A DNA stretch of 64,000 bases. Source: Azolla caroliniana (taxonomy: Eukaryota; Plantae; Polypodiophyta). The stretch covers positions 14,198,001 to 14,262,000 of the forward strand of contig JBHGNT010000003.1 in assembly GCA_043228905.1 (NCBI GenBank), read 5' to 3'. Shown one piece after another: positions 1 through 9,710 of this stretch (position 1 is the first letter of the stretch; each line of letters opens with the position of its first letter). The notes under the pieces were generated by a model. The model did not search any database, was not told the DNA's origin, and was given only the letters and a program-made list of their open reading frames with translations. The position numbers and the translations under genes were made by a program.

Positions 1-910
1 GGATCGTGAGGCGGAACCACCGGGGTTCTGGACCAGAAGGATTTAGAGTCGATACAAGCTTTGGCGAGAAAGTACTTAAGATAGATTGGGAAAGAGAGAA
101 GTTGAGATTACACGATCAATTTGATAACGAATTTCTTCCTCTTAATTTTCATAAAAAAAACCGTCTTTTTTTCTCCTCCCCCTTCCCTCTTTTATAGATG
201 CTCTCATGCATATGATGCATGTGAGGGTACAAGACATGCATAAATTGCATGTTTGCCATTTGGCGCTTAAGTATTACATGTGGCGCATGATAACCATGTC
301 ACTCATTTTAGCTCTCATGTATGAGAATTTACATGTAAAAGTACAATGATAGAAATATAATTTCAACTAAATAGCATGGCTTAATCGTAAGCCATTTGAC
401 TCCTAACTTGGAGGTGCAAGGTTCGAATCCTTGCCCTCCTTGTATATGTAAATATGTATATATATATTTATATATTTATTTATCTAGTCGTCGGTTCGCC
501 GGATGCCGGTTCGCCGGATCACCGTCTCCATCGCCGGTCAAACCCTTTACGAGTAGCTAGCCCACCTCCACTCTTAGTTCAAGTTACCTTGAACTCTCTA
601 TGCTCCACACATAGACACAAAGATAATATCTTTTGCTCCACCTTATATATGATGAGAGCTATATTTGTCGTGCCTATGTGGGATATCTCACAATTTTCTC
701 CTTTCCTTTTACAAACTTTATACCCTCATATCTTGACATTTAGTTGTCCGTTTCTCGTGTAATAAAGTGCATTCGAAAGCTCCATCATTTTGTACTTAGA
801 TATTAAATCTATTTAAAATATTATCTTCACAATTATTGTACTACGTGATTCATACTCGATTTCGTACGTTTTATAGGATTTTCACACTATTGCCGAAAAT
901 CTTCACGACA
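1..910 (-). repeat. 3' LTR of element A (cut by window start)
   Basis: Near-identical to 14106-15112; ends ATCTTCACGACA; flanked by a purine-rich tract on the minus strand. Confidence 0.95.
370..436 (+). promoter_or_regulatory. tRNA-like Pol III A-box/B-box module in LTR of A (second copy 14475-14540)
   Basis: TGGCTTAATCG at 377 in a D-arm-like hairpin ATGGCTT/AAGCCAT; perfect B-box GGTTCGAATCC at 420-430 in a T-arm GCAAGG/CCTTGC; 43-nt spacing; no acceptor stem. Confidence 0.6.
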
Positions 911-982
911 TCCACCCCCACCAAACCGCACGTCCTCCGGTACGTGCCAAGAAGAGAAGAAGTGAGATTTCAGCTACGATGA

Positions 983-2364
983 TCAATTAGATTCCTCCAT
1001 GTCTTCATTTTCATCCGGCCTATTATGTTCATCGTCGAGGTAATCGAGGTTAGGATCCTTGTCTTGTCTTTTCTTGAAAAGCTTTACTCTTTTTCCCGCA
1101 ATGGGTACGGCCAACCTTGATCCGTCTAGTTCCGCAAGGTGGTATGTGGCATTATCGTTGGCACTTGTCACCACATACGGCCCGAACCATCTTCTTGCGA
1201 ACTTCCTTGTTGTACTATGTTGATTGTCAAGGGTGCTGTCGTAAACCAAAACCCAATCCCCTTCTTCAATCTTCTTGGGACGAAGTCGATGCGTGTTGTC
1301 GAACCGAACTTTGTTCTTTACTCGGGCTGCCTTCATCATCTTTCGCGCTTTTTCTAAATCTTTAGGTCTTCTTTCAAGTTGCCTTATCCGCGCCGCTAAT
1401 AACTCTTCTCGGCTCATCTCGTTCTCCCACGGTATCGCTACCCATGAGGCGATTGTCCTTTCGATGGGCATAATCGGCTTTTGTCCATACATAAGCTCCG
1501 TCGGCATATACCCTGTCACCGAGCTATGTGTCGTTCTATCGGCCCACAAGGCATAGGGTAATAGTCGTGGCCAATTCCCGACTCGACCGTTGCATGCCCG
1601 TACGATGGCTTTAACGATAGGTCCATGCCCTCGCTCGATCTTCCCATTTGCTTCCGGATTGTAGGCAGTCGTGAGGGAGAGCTTCACGCCTAGTCTTTCG
1701 AAGAGCTCCGTCGCTTCGTGCGCGTCCAACTCCCCTCGGTCGGCCACTATCTTCCCTACACATCCATACGGCAAACAACATCTTCAAGTAAAAATTTACA
1801 AACGACTGAAGTCGTCTTATTTGTCAAGGCTCGTCCTTCCACTTGATTTGTCAAGTCTTCCCTTGCGAGCGCTAAGTACTTCATTTGTCCCACTCCCATT
1901 GGCATCGAGACCAGATCCACCATCCATTTGAAGTGAATGGTGAGTGGGTATGTCGGCTTTAACTCATCACGATGACGTATATTTGAATATATTTGGCAAG
2001 TTTCACATGTGGACACGAAATGGAGTACATCTTTGTACATGCTTGGCCACCAGTACTTCTCCTTCAATTTTTCGAACGTCGCCCATGTTCCTCTATGACC
2101 TGCCCAAGCACTCTCGTGGAATTCGGTCATCAACGTCTCTTGCTCTTCTTTCTTTACCACCACTCGACGTGGTATTCCTGTCCTTCTTTTTGGATGTCGC
2201 CAAAGGAATCCTCCCTTCAAGAAGTATCGGTAAGCTTTCTTTCGGATTCGTAGGGCCTCCTCCTTTGTTAACGAAGCATCTGTCGTCAATGTTCTTAGGA
2301 ATCTACCGATGAGTAACCATTCTCCTTCGTACTTGTTCTCGTTGAAGGCGTGGAGGGTTTGCGT
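983..2364 (-). pseudogene. Integrase of element A (HHCC zinc domain, DDE core, GPY motif), frameshift near 1760
   Basis: ORFs 1756-2289 (HESAWAGH...CETC, WMVDLV) and 983-1774 (ADRGEL, NGKIERGH, RWFGPY) in different frames. Confidence 0.9.
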
Positions 2365-3192
2365 TGTCGTAGTGTAGGTTGCACACTATGTGGAAATTAT
2401 ATTTTTGTCCCTCCGGATAGAGAATGGAGTGCTCGGTGGGAACCGGAAGAAAACGGCATACCGGCAAGGAGGAAAAACGCATACCGGTATGCCGGAAAAC
2501 GGCATACCGGCAAGGAGGAAAACGGCATACCGGCAAGGAAGGGCCGGATAAAGAGACATAAATGTAAAAAGAAAGGAAATACTCACTACTGCGCAGGGCG
2601 TGATTCGAACTCTGCACCTCTACGTTGACAAACCCCAACCTTACCATTACATTAACTTATCTTAAGTGCTTTAAATATAGATTTAATATGTATAAGACCT
2701 TTATTTATGCATACCTTTATTAAAAGGTAAATCGTGTATTTTTTAATATATGAAAAAGACGAGACACTAAAAAATAACTCATGCACATCTAGCGTGCATG
2801 AGCCCTATACTTAGGAAATAAAAAAAGCATCACATGCACATTTAGTGGACATGAACACTTTTTGTAAAAAAAAAAAAAGCATGAAGCCATGCTTAGCTCT
2901 TCCTTCCTTATATAAGGAGGAGAGAAATATGTAAAGGGTTGTTGATTATTTGGATTAAGTATTAATCAATACAAAAATTATTCGTGGGATTCACGATTTA
3001 TACATCTACTTCTCTCTTAACACCCTAAGTACCAATTAATATAGTATACTCGTGTGATTCACGAGTTTCTTGTCTTTCTCTTTGCTATTTACTCATAATT
3101 AATCTCTATCTCACGAACTTCTTTCTCCTAGTCCAAGACCTCTGTGGTTCCCACCCGACTCACGCAACGATCCGGAGCCGAAAGGCACGACA
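2365..3192 (+). repeat. 5' LTR of B (828 bp) with 23-bp tandem repeats AAAACGGCATACCGGCAAGGAGG
   Basis: Direct repeat of 8860-9710; TATA-like TATATAAGG near 2909. Confidence 0.96.
2591..2660 (-). promoter_or_regulatory. tRNA-like A/B-box module in LTR of B (second copy about 9109-9178)
   Basis: Minus strand TAATGTAATGGTAA...GAGGTGCAGAGTTCGAATCACGCCCT; B-box core GTTCGAATC about 43 nt after the A-box-like motif; T5 run about 20 nt downstream. Confidence 0.5.
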
Positions 3193-3196
3193 CAGT

Positions 3197-3213
3197 TGGT
3201 GAACCCGACGTGA
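3197..3213 (+). promoter_or_regulatory. Primer-binding site complementary to tRNA-Trp 3' end
   Basis: TGGTGAACCCGACGTGA is the reverse complement of the plant tRNA-Trp(CCA) end TCACGTCGGGTTCACCA; same 17-mer in A (14055-14071) and D (32953-32969). Confidence 0.85.
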
Positions 3214-3230
3214 AGACGGGTGGCAAGGAG

Positions 3231-5270
3231 ATGGAGGCTCAACAAGCTAACAATATGATGGCGATGTTCGAACGGATGCTTCAAGAACAACGCACGATGT
3301 CGGAGATTTCGGCATCAGTAGAGCGGCTCGTGCAACGCAACGGGCAATTTAATGGTAAGGATGTGTCGCGATATTTGCAGGACTACAAGGCGGAGATGCT
3401 CCGGTGCCGGGCTTCGGAAGGACTGCAAGTGACATCCTTTAACCGGGTGGCGACCGACGGGCTTCAAGGGAGTATCCACGGGTTGCAACAACAAAATCCG
3501 ACGTGGGAAGCATTCGAAGAGGCGTTAAAGACCACGTTTGCCATCGAGGACTCCTCCAAGGCAACGCGGAGGGGATTCGAGGATTGGGTGGAAACGTCAG
3601 GTAAGGGGCTGAAGGTCCTCGAAGTGTTTTCGACATTCGAAAGTCGGTTCGGGAGGTTGTCCGCGAGAGATCAAACTATTCTTGCACCGGACAAAGTCAT
3701 CATGTTTTTGCGAGCTGTGGACGTCCGGGACCGGAAAGATCTCGGAGTGCTTCTTGAGGACACGACCACCGAAAGCGGCCTCACCGAAACATGGGAAAGC
3801 GTGCGGGATATCGTCGCGCGGTACACGAAGAGGGGGCAATGGCTTGCCAACGAAGAAAAGAGGGTTTCGGAACCGATTCCGAAACCGAGAACGGGACTGG
3901 AAGACCATCAACCGAGGGCTCGGGAGATTACGGCCGAGAAGGGAGTCGATGCGTCTACGGTGGAGCAGCTGCTGAAGGAGATGGAGAATCTAAAGATCGC
4001 GATGGTGAAGAAGTCGGATGACCGCCCCACAAGCTCCAAATATACGGATCGACGGTGCATATGGTGCGATAGCGCCGAACACGATCGGAGGGATTGCGAC
4101 GACCATAAGGAGGCGCTACGACGGGATCTCATCTACTACGAGGGAAACCGGATTCATTCGATGGACTCTCGGAAGCCACTCCGACCGAACTTCCGGAAAG
4201 GCGGCATGAAGAAGGTGCTCGAGGAGGAGTTAGCGGCAAGAAGCAACTATGCGACAACCGCGGGAATATGTGTCGGGGAGTCAACGGGAGCGAAGGCGTC
4301 TTTCTGGCCGGAGGTGCTAGGAAACACCGAGAAAACCGACTCCAACGATATCCGAAACACCGCGGAAGGCGTCCGGGAAGCTACGGGATGGGAGTGCCCT
4401 GTCGACAAGAATAGCATATACGCCCTGTGTCAATTACATGAGGTGTATGTGGACGAGAAACGACGGCGCACGGAGGATGCGGCCGGACCATCGAAGATAC
4501 CGGAAAGCTGGAACTCCGGAGGTAAGGGAAAAGAAAAGGCGACTCCGGCATTCAAGCTCGCCTCGGACATAGAACAACAAACCGACTTGAAAAGAGTGTT
4601 CGAGGAAAGAATCTTGGATAGCCGGGTAGATTTTTCGCTGCGGGAACTACTCGGAATAGCGAAGAAGGAGTTTCACGATCTTCTCGTGGATCTCGTGAAA
4701 AGGAAGAGACAAAGTACGGAGGAAAATGCTCCAAGGGTGAATGCAAATACCGTTTCAATGAACGACACCGAAGTGGAAGGCGAAATTCCGAACTCCCACT
4801 ATACAAGGCCACACTGGGCACGTGCGACTACGGAGACTCCGGTCCGAATCGGCAACATCAAAGAACCCGTGCTAGCATTGATTGATCACGGATCGGAGAT
4901 CAACTTGATGTCCAAGGAGTTCTACCGAAAGGGGAAGTGGCCTATAAACACCAACCATGGATGGAAGATTCGGGCAGCCACGAAAACGACAGAAGACCTA
5001 TTTGCGGCTTGTCCGGATGTGACGGTAAAGATCGGGGATGTCGAAATTGACCAAAATTTCTTTGTGCAGGATGAGGTTTCACATTCTGTCATCCTCGGCC
5101 AACCCTTTATCACGGCTTCACGGATGGAGACGAAGGTGCTCGATAGTGGTGCGGCTTTTGCGCGAATTCGGAGCCAAAACGGAGGGAAATCCGTCCAATT
5201 CCTAACGGTGCCGGCAAATCACGAAAGGAACAAGAGGGAACTCTTGTCCCAAGTGAGAATGGATTTTTAA
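3231..5270 (+). CDS. gag-pro: Gag-protease polyprotein of B
   Basis: First ATG after the PBS at 3231; zinc knuckle CIWCDSAEHDRRDC; aspartic protease LIDHGSEIN...ILGQPF. Confidence 0.9.
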   Translation: MEAQQANNMMAMFERMLQEQRTMSEISASVERLVQRNGQFNGKDVSRYLQDYKAEMLRCRASEGLQVTSFNRVATDGLQGSIHGLQQQNPTWEAFEEALKTTFAIEDSSKATRRGFEDWVETSGKGLKVLEVFSTFESRFGRLSARDQTILAPDKVIMFLRAVDVRDRKDLGVLLEDTTTESGLTETWESVRDIVARYTKRGQWLANEEKRVSEPIPKPRTGLEDHQPRAREITAEKGVDASTVEQLLKEMENLKIAMVKKSDDRPTSSKYTDRRCIWCDSAEHDRRDCDDHKEALRRDLIYYEGNRIHSMDSRKPLRPNFRKGGMKKVLEEELAARSNYATTAGICVGESTGAKASFWPEVLGNTEKTDSNDIRNTAEGVREATGWECPVDKNSIYALCQLHEVYVDEKRRRTEDAAGPSKIPESWNSGGKGKEKATPAFKLASDIEQQTDLKRVFEERILDSRVDFSLRELLGIAKKEFHDLLVDLVKRKRQSTEENAPRVNANTVSMNDTEVEGEIPNSHYTRPHWARATTETPVRIGNIKEPVLALIDHGSEINLMSKEFYRKGKWPINTNHGWKIRAATKTTEDLFAACPDVTVKIGDVEIDQNFFVQDEVSHSVILGQPFITASRMETKVLDSGAAFARIRSQNGGKSVQFLTVPANHERNKRELLSQVRMDF

Positions 5271-5324
5271 AGCGGACTGTTGCGGAGTGGGGAAGTGATA
5301 GTCCGAGAAGCCCTGATACCCCAC
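5261..5324 (+). promoter_or_regulatory. Predicted -1 ribosomal frameshift signal (G_GAT_TTT plus H-type pseudoknot)
   Basis: Heptamer 5261-5267, stop TAA, stem1 CGGACTGT 5273-5280 / ATAGTCCG 5298-5305, stem2 GTGGGG 5287-5292 / CCCCAC 5319-5324; -1 frame open into pol. Confidence 0.75.
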
Positions 5325-8300
5325 ACAGGAAGAAAACTCTCGGAGCAAAACAAGTACGAATCGGCCCGGATGGGGCATCTACGTACACGGCCGTAACCGG
5401 AGGAATGAAGAAACAATACCGACAAGTGGAGGATAAGTTACGGTCGGCATCAATAATAAAAGAAGACGAAGAAATCGTGGGAGTGATCGAGGAAGTGTTC
5501 TATGGGAATACACTACAACGGCTTGAAGAGCTTGCGGAAGATAAAAGCCAAGGGAACCGGGTAGTCCCGGTGGAATCGGTCGAGATGTACGAGATCATTG
5601 CGAAAATGGAGCCGGATACGCTCCGCAAAGAAGAAGCAATGGTAAGTACGAAATACAAGACCGTGGAGAAGAAGGTGAAACCGGCCGCTGGACCATTACC
5701 CGCTGATAGCGAACAAAAGAGGAAAGAAGTCTCGGGAGATCCGACACTTCGGAAGACCGTGGATATCGGACATGCCTTCACAGATGAGACCCGGAAGAAA
5801 CTTCGGATCGGTGGAGGTGGGTTCCTCTTACAAGAAGAAGAAAAACGGTTTCGAGAGATGTTGGAACAACATGGCAAAGCATTCGCGTTCACATCGAGGG
5901 AGATCGGATGCATTGATCCAAAGATAGTGGAGCCGATGGTGATTTTCACGATTGATCATGTACCGTGGAACCTGAAGCCGATTCCGGTGCCACGGGCGCA
6001 TATTCCGAAAGTCATCGACTTGCTCAAGGAGAAGGTGGCGATGGGGATTCTAGAGCCATCAAGTGCTCCGTACTCAAATCGATGGTTTACGGTTCCGAAG
6101 AAGAATGGGTCACTCCGATTCATCCAAGACTTGCAACCGGTGAACAAGGTCACGATCCGGAACTCGGGAGTCGGTCCGATAGTGGACGAATTCGCGGAAG
6201 CTTTTGCCGGACGTGCGATATACTCCATCGGGGACCTATACTCGGGGTATGACCAATTCCAACTAGCCGTGGAGAGCCGAGACATCACTACCATGCGGAC
6301 ACCGATAGGACTAGTTCGAATGTGCACACTACCACAAGGAGCGACAAACTCGGTTGCACATATGATGAACGCGATGAACAAGGTGCTTCGAGATTGCATC
6401 CCGGAGATAACGATGCCGTTTCTAGATGACATTCCGATGAAAGGATGCGCGGTGGAAGAAAAAGATGAGACTATGGATGATCGGGGATGCCGAAAGTTCG
6501 TGGTCGACCATATTCATGATTGCGAGAAAGTGTTGCGAAAGCTAGAAGATGTGCACCTAACACTTTCCGGGGAGAAATCGGCATTCGGGCAAGAAGAAAT
6601 ATTGGTGGTCGGACATCTATGTGGACCCTACGGCCGAAGACCGTCACCAACAAAGATCGATGCGATTCAAGCTATGAAGGAAGTATGTGAGTCAACATCG
6701 GAAGTCCGAAGGTTTCTGGGTGCGTGTGCATTCTATCACATATGGATTCCGCACTATGCACATATAGCGGACCCGCTCTATCACTTGTTGCGGAAAGGTA
6801 AGAAATTCGAATGGAAACCGGAACACACTAAAGCCATGAGGAAGCTCAAGAAGACACTATGGAGGGCGGAATCACTTAAGAAGCCAAGCTACGAGCGGCC
6901 AATCATAGTAACGGTTGATACAAGTCCAACCGGTATCGGGTGGGTCATCAATCAAGCCGACTCGGATGGTTCGCGGTATCCGATCCGATTTGGAGCAAAG
7001 GTCCTCAACGAAAGGCAACGCGGATATGCACAAGTCAAAAGAGAATTGTGGGGAGTCGTGTCGGCGATAAAATCGGATCGGGATTATTTGATCGGAGCTG
7101 AAGTGGTGATCGAGACGGATTGTCTTCCGATACTCGGGATGATGCGGTGTTGTACGATACCGGATGTGGCTATGCTAAGGTGGATTGCATATGTCAAGTC
7201 ACTTAATCCGGAGGTTCGACACATCTCGGGGAAGGACAACGCGGTAGCGGACATGTTATCGAGGGCGCGGTTTGAAGACGACATAACCGAATCAGATAAT
7301 GAAGAAGTTTCCGAAGACTACTTCACGTCAGAACACATATGCCGAGTGAACGTGATCCGAGAATTCCGGGAAGAAGAATACGAGGGGGAAACCTTGATGA
7401 TCGGGAAGATGCTACAAGAGGTCGAGGATTCAACCAATGATAAAGAAAGGAGAGCCGAGATCCGAAGGAAGAAGAGGCAAGTCCAAAAGTTCTTCTTGGA
7501 AAACGGTTTAATATGGAGGACGCCGAAAAGACCGGATGGGATACCACTTCGAGTAGTCGGGACGAAAGAGCAACGAAACCGGATAATGTCCGAGTTCCAC
7601 GAATCCGATTGGGCTGGACATCGAGGAACATGGGCAACTTTTGTGAAAATCAAGCAAAGATATTGGTGGAAGAACATGTATAAAGATGTCGCGGAGTTCA
7701 CAGAAAGCTGCGAGAAATGTCAAGTCTACTCCGGGGTCCGACACCGAGATGAGCTGCATCCAACATTCTCACCGACAATCAACTTCAAGTGGATGGTCGA
7801 CATTGTAGCTATGCCGACCGGGATTGGACAAAAGAAATACTTGGTGTTAGCTCGAGAAGATCTCACAAACCAAGTTGAAGGTCGAGCGCTTCGGAGGAAA
7901 ACGTGTGCCGCGGTGTGCCAATTTCTTTTGGAAGAAGTGTTTTGTAGGTACGGCTGCGTAGGACAAGTGATTGCGGACCGGGGAGAACTCGACTCGGACA
8001 AAGCTAGGGGATTCTTCGCCAAACATGGAGTTCGGTTAACGTTGACAACGGCCTACAATCCGGAGGCCAACGGGAAGATCGAACGAGGACATAGTCCGAT
8101 CGTGAAAGCACTTGCGAAGGCATGCGACGGAAGGGTGAAGGATTGGCCACAAATGCTTCCGTATGCACTATGGGCGGATCGGACGACGCATAGCTCCGTG
8201 ACCGGTTACATGCCGGCAGAACTCATGACCGGACAAGCACCGGTAATGCCAACGGAAACCGCAATCGCGACATGGACAATACTACCGTGGAAGGAAGAGA

Positions 8301-8872
8301 TGAGCCGGGAAGAACTACTAGCGGTCCGGATACGACAATTGGAGGGAAGACCGAAAGATGTAGCGGAAGCGTCACGCCGACAACAAGAAGCACGGTTCCG
8401 GAACAAAAGCCGGTTCGACACAAAGCACCGACTACGACCGAGGAGGATTGAAGAAGGAGATTGGGTGATCGTCTATGATAGTAGCTTGGACCATCAACAT
8501 ACAACGATGCGGAAATTCGCGAAAAGGTGGTTCGGGCCGTACGAGGTTCGGAAGGTCTTCGACAACGGGACGTACCGACTGTCCGAGTTGGATGGAACAA
8601 TACTACGAGTGCCTATAGCCGGGAAGCGGGTGAAGATTTTCAAGAAGCGGACCGACGACAAACCTTATGTGATCCAAGTCAAGGCCGACAATGAGGAGCA
8701 ATCGGACGAAGACCACAATGATGCGGGAAGCGAAGAAAGTGGATTACAACTCATAGTCGACATAAGGGGAGAATCGGAGGAAGCTTCGGATGAAGACGGA
8801 TACGAAGAATCAAGAACTTCGGCACATACCGGAGGATGTGCGGGTTTGGAGGGGGCGAGTGTCGTAGTGTAG
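5264..8872 (+). CDS. pol: Pol (RT-RNase H-integrase) of B, -1 frame relative to gag-pro
   Basis: ORF 5405-8872 is open upstream to the slip site; RT (LPQGATNS, PFLDD), RNase H (VDTSPTGIG, ETDC), IN (HESDWAGH, WMVD, DRGE, GPY); stop codon lies inside the 3' LTR. Confidence 0.93.
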   Translation, partial: FLKRTVAEWGSDSPRSPDTPHRKKTLGAKQVRIGPDGASTYTAVTGGMKKQYRQVEDKLRSASIIKEDEEIVGVIEEVFYGNTLQRLEELAEDKSQGNRVVPVESVEMYEIIAKMEPDTLRKEEAMVSTKYKTVEKKVKPAAGPLPADSEQKRKEVSGDPTLRKTVDIGHAFTDETRKKLRIGGGGFLLQEEEKRFREMLEQHGKAFAFTSREIGCIDPKIVEPMVIFTIDHVPWNLKPIPVPRAHIPKVIDLLKEKVAMGILEPSSAPYSNRWFTVPKKNGSLRFIQDLQPVNKVTIRNSGVGPIVDEFAEAFAGRAIYSIGDLYSGYDQFQLAVESRDITTMRTPIGLVRMCTLPQGATNSVAHMMNAMNKVLRDCIPEITMPFLDDIPMKGCAVEEKDETMDDRGCRKFVVDHIHDCEKVLRKLEDVHLTLSGEKSAFGQEEILVVGHLCGPYGRRPSPTKIDAIQAMKEVCESTSEVRRFLGACAFYHIWIPHYAHIADPLYHLLRKGKKFEWKPEHTKAMRKLKKTLWRAESLKKPSYERPIIVTVDTSPTGIGWVINQADSDGSRYPIRFGAKVLNERQRGYAQVKRELWGVVSAIKSDRDYLIGAEVVIETDCLPILGMMRCCTIPDVAMLRWIAYVKSLNPEVRHISGKDNAVADMLSRARFEDDITESDNEEVSEDYFTSEHICRVNVIREFREEEYEGETLMIGKMLQEVEDSTNDKERRAEIRRKKRQVQKFFLENGLIWRTPKRPDGIPLRVVGTKEQRNRIMSEFHESDWAGHRGTWATFVKIKQRYWWKNMYKDVAEFTESCEKCQVYSGVRHRDELHPTFSPTINFKWMVDIVAMPTGIGQKKYLVLAREDLTNQVEGRALRRKTCAAVCQFLLEEVFCRYGCVGQVIADRGELDSDKARGFFAKHGVRLTLTTAYNPEANGKIERGHSPIVKALAKACDGRVKDWPQMLPYALWADRTTHSSVTGYMPAELMTGQAPVMPTETAIATWTILPWKEEMSREELLAVRIRQLEGRPKDVAEASRRQQEARFRNKSRFDTKHRLRPRRIEEGDWVIVYDSSLDHQHTTMRKFAKRWFGPYEVRKVFDNGTYRLSELDGTILRVPIAGKRVKIFKKRTDDKPYVIQVKADNEEQSDEDHNDAGSEESGLQLIVDIRGESEEASDEDGYEESRTSAHTGGCAGLEGASVVV

Positions 8873-9710
8873 GTTGCACACTATGTGGAAATTATATTTT
8901 TGTCCCTCCGGATAGAGAATGGAGTGCTCGGTGGGAACCGGAAGAAAACGGCATACCGGCAAGGAGGAAAAACGCATACCGGTATGCCGGAAAACGGCAT
9001 ACCGGCAAGGAGGAAAACGGCATACCGGCAAGGAAGAAAACGGCATACCGGCAAGGAAGGGCCGGATAAAGAGACATAAATGTAAAAAGAAAGGAAATAC
9101 TCACTACTGCGCAGGGCGTGATTCGAACTCTGCACCTCCACGTTGACAAACCCCAACCTTACCATTACATTAACTTATCTTAAGTGCTTTAAATATAGAT
9201 TTAATATGTATAAGACCTTTATTTATGCATACCTTTATTAAAAGGTAAATCGTGTATTTTTTAATATATGAAAAAGACGAGACACTAAAAAATAACTCAT
9301 GCACATCTAGCGTGCATGAGCCCTATACTTAGGAAATAAAAAAAGCATCACATGCACATTTAGTGGACATGAACACTTTTTGTAAAAAAAAAAAAAGCAT
9401 GAAGCCATGCTTAGCTCTTCCTTCCTTATATAAGGAGGAGAGAAATATGTAAAGGGTTGTTGATTATTTGGATTAAGTATTAATCAATACAAAAATTATT
9501 CGTGGGATTCACGATTTATACATCTACTTCTCTCTTAACACCCTAAGTACCAATTAATATAGTATACTCGTGTGATTCACGAGTTTCTTGTCTTTCTCTT
9601 TGCTATTTACTCATAATTAATCTCTATCTCACGAACTTCTTTCTCCTAGTCCAAGACCTCTGTGGTTCCCACCCGACTCACGCAACGATCCGGAGCCGAA
9701 AGGCACGACA
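8860..9710 (+). repeat. 3' LTR of B (851 bp)
   Basis: Direct repeat of 2365-3192 with one extra 23-bp unit. Confidence 0.96.

Larger units (their letters stand above)
2365..9710 (+). mobile_element. Ty3/gypsy LTR retrotransposon 'B', apparently intact and very young
   Basis: LTRs 2365-3192 and 8860-9710 (TGTCGT...ACGACA), differing by one 23-bp repeat unit and one SNP that I noticed; 4-bp TSD GCGT (2361-2364, 9711-9714); PBS 3197-3213; PPT GGAGGGGGCGAG before 8860; two uninterrupted ORFs. Confidence 0.97.

Noticed and set aside
370-440. Functional tRNA gene
   Set aside because: No acceptor stem and poor anticodon stem; kept only as a tRNA-like promoter module.
2450-2545. CRISPR-like array
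   Set aside because: Contiguous 23-bp units without unique spacers, inside a eukaryotic LTR.
3144-3230. GTG-initiated N-terminal extension of B gag
   Set aside because: Lies in LTR/PBS; ATG 3231 is the plausible start.
5500-8600. Antisense ORFs over pol genes here and in other elements
   Set aside because: Shadow frames of coding sequence with no independent motifs.
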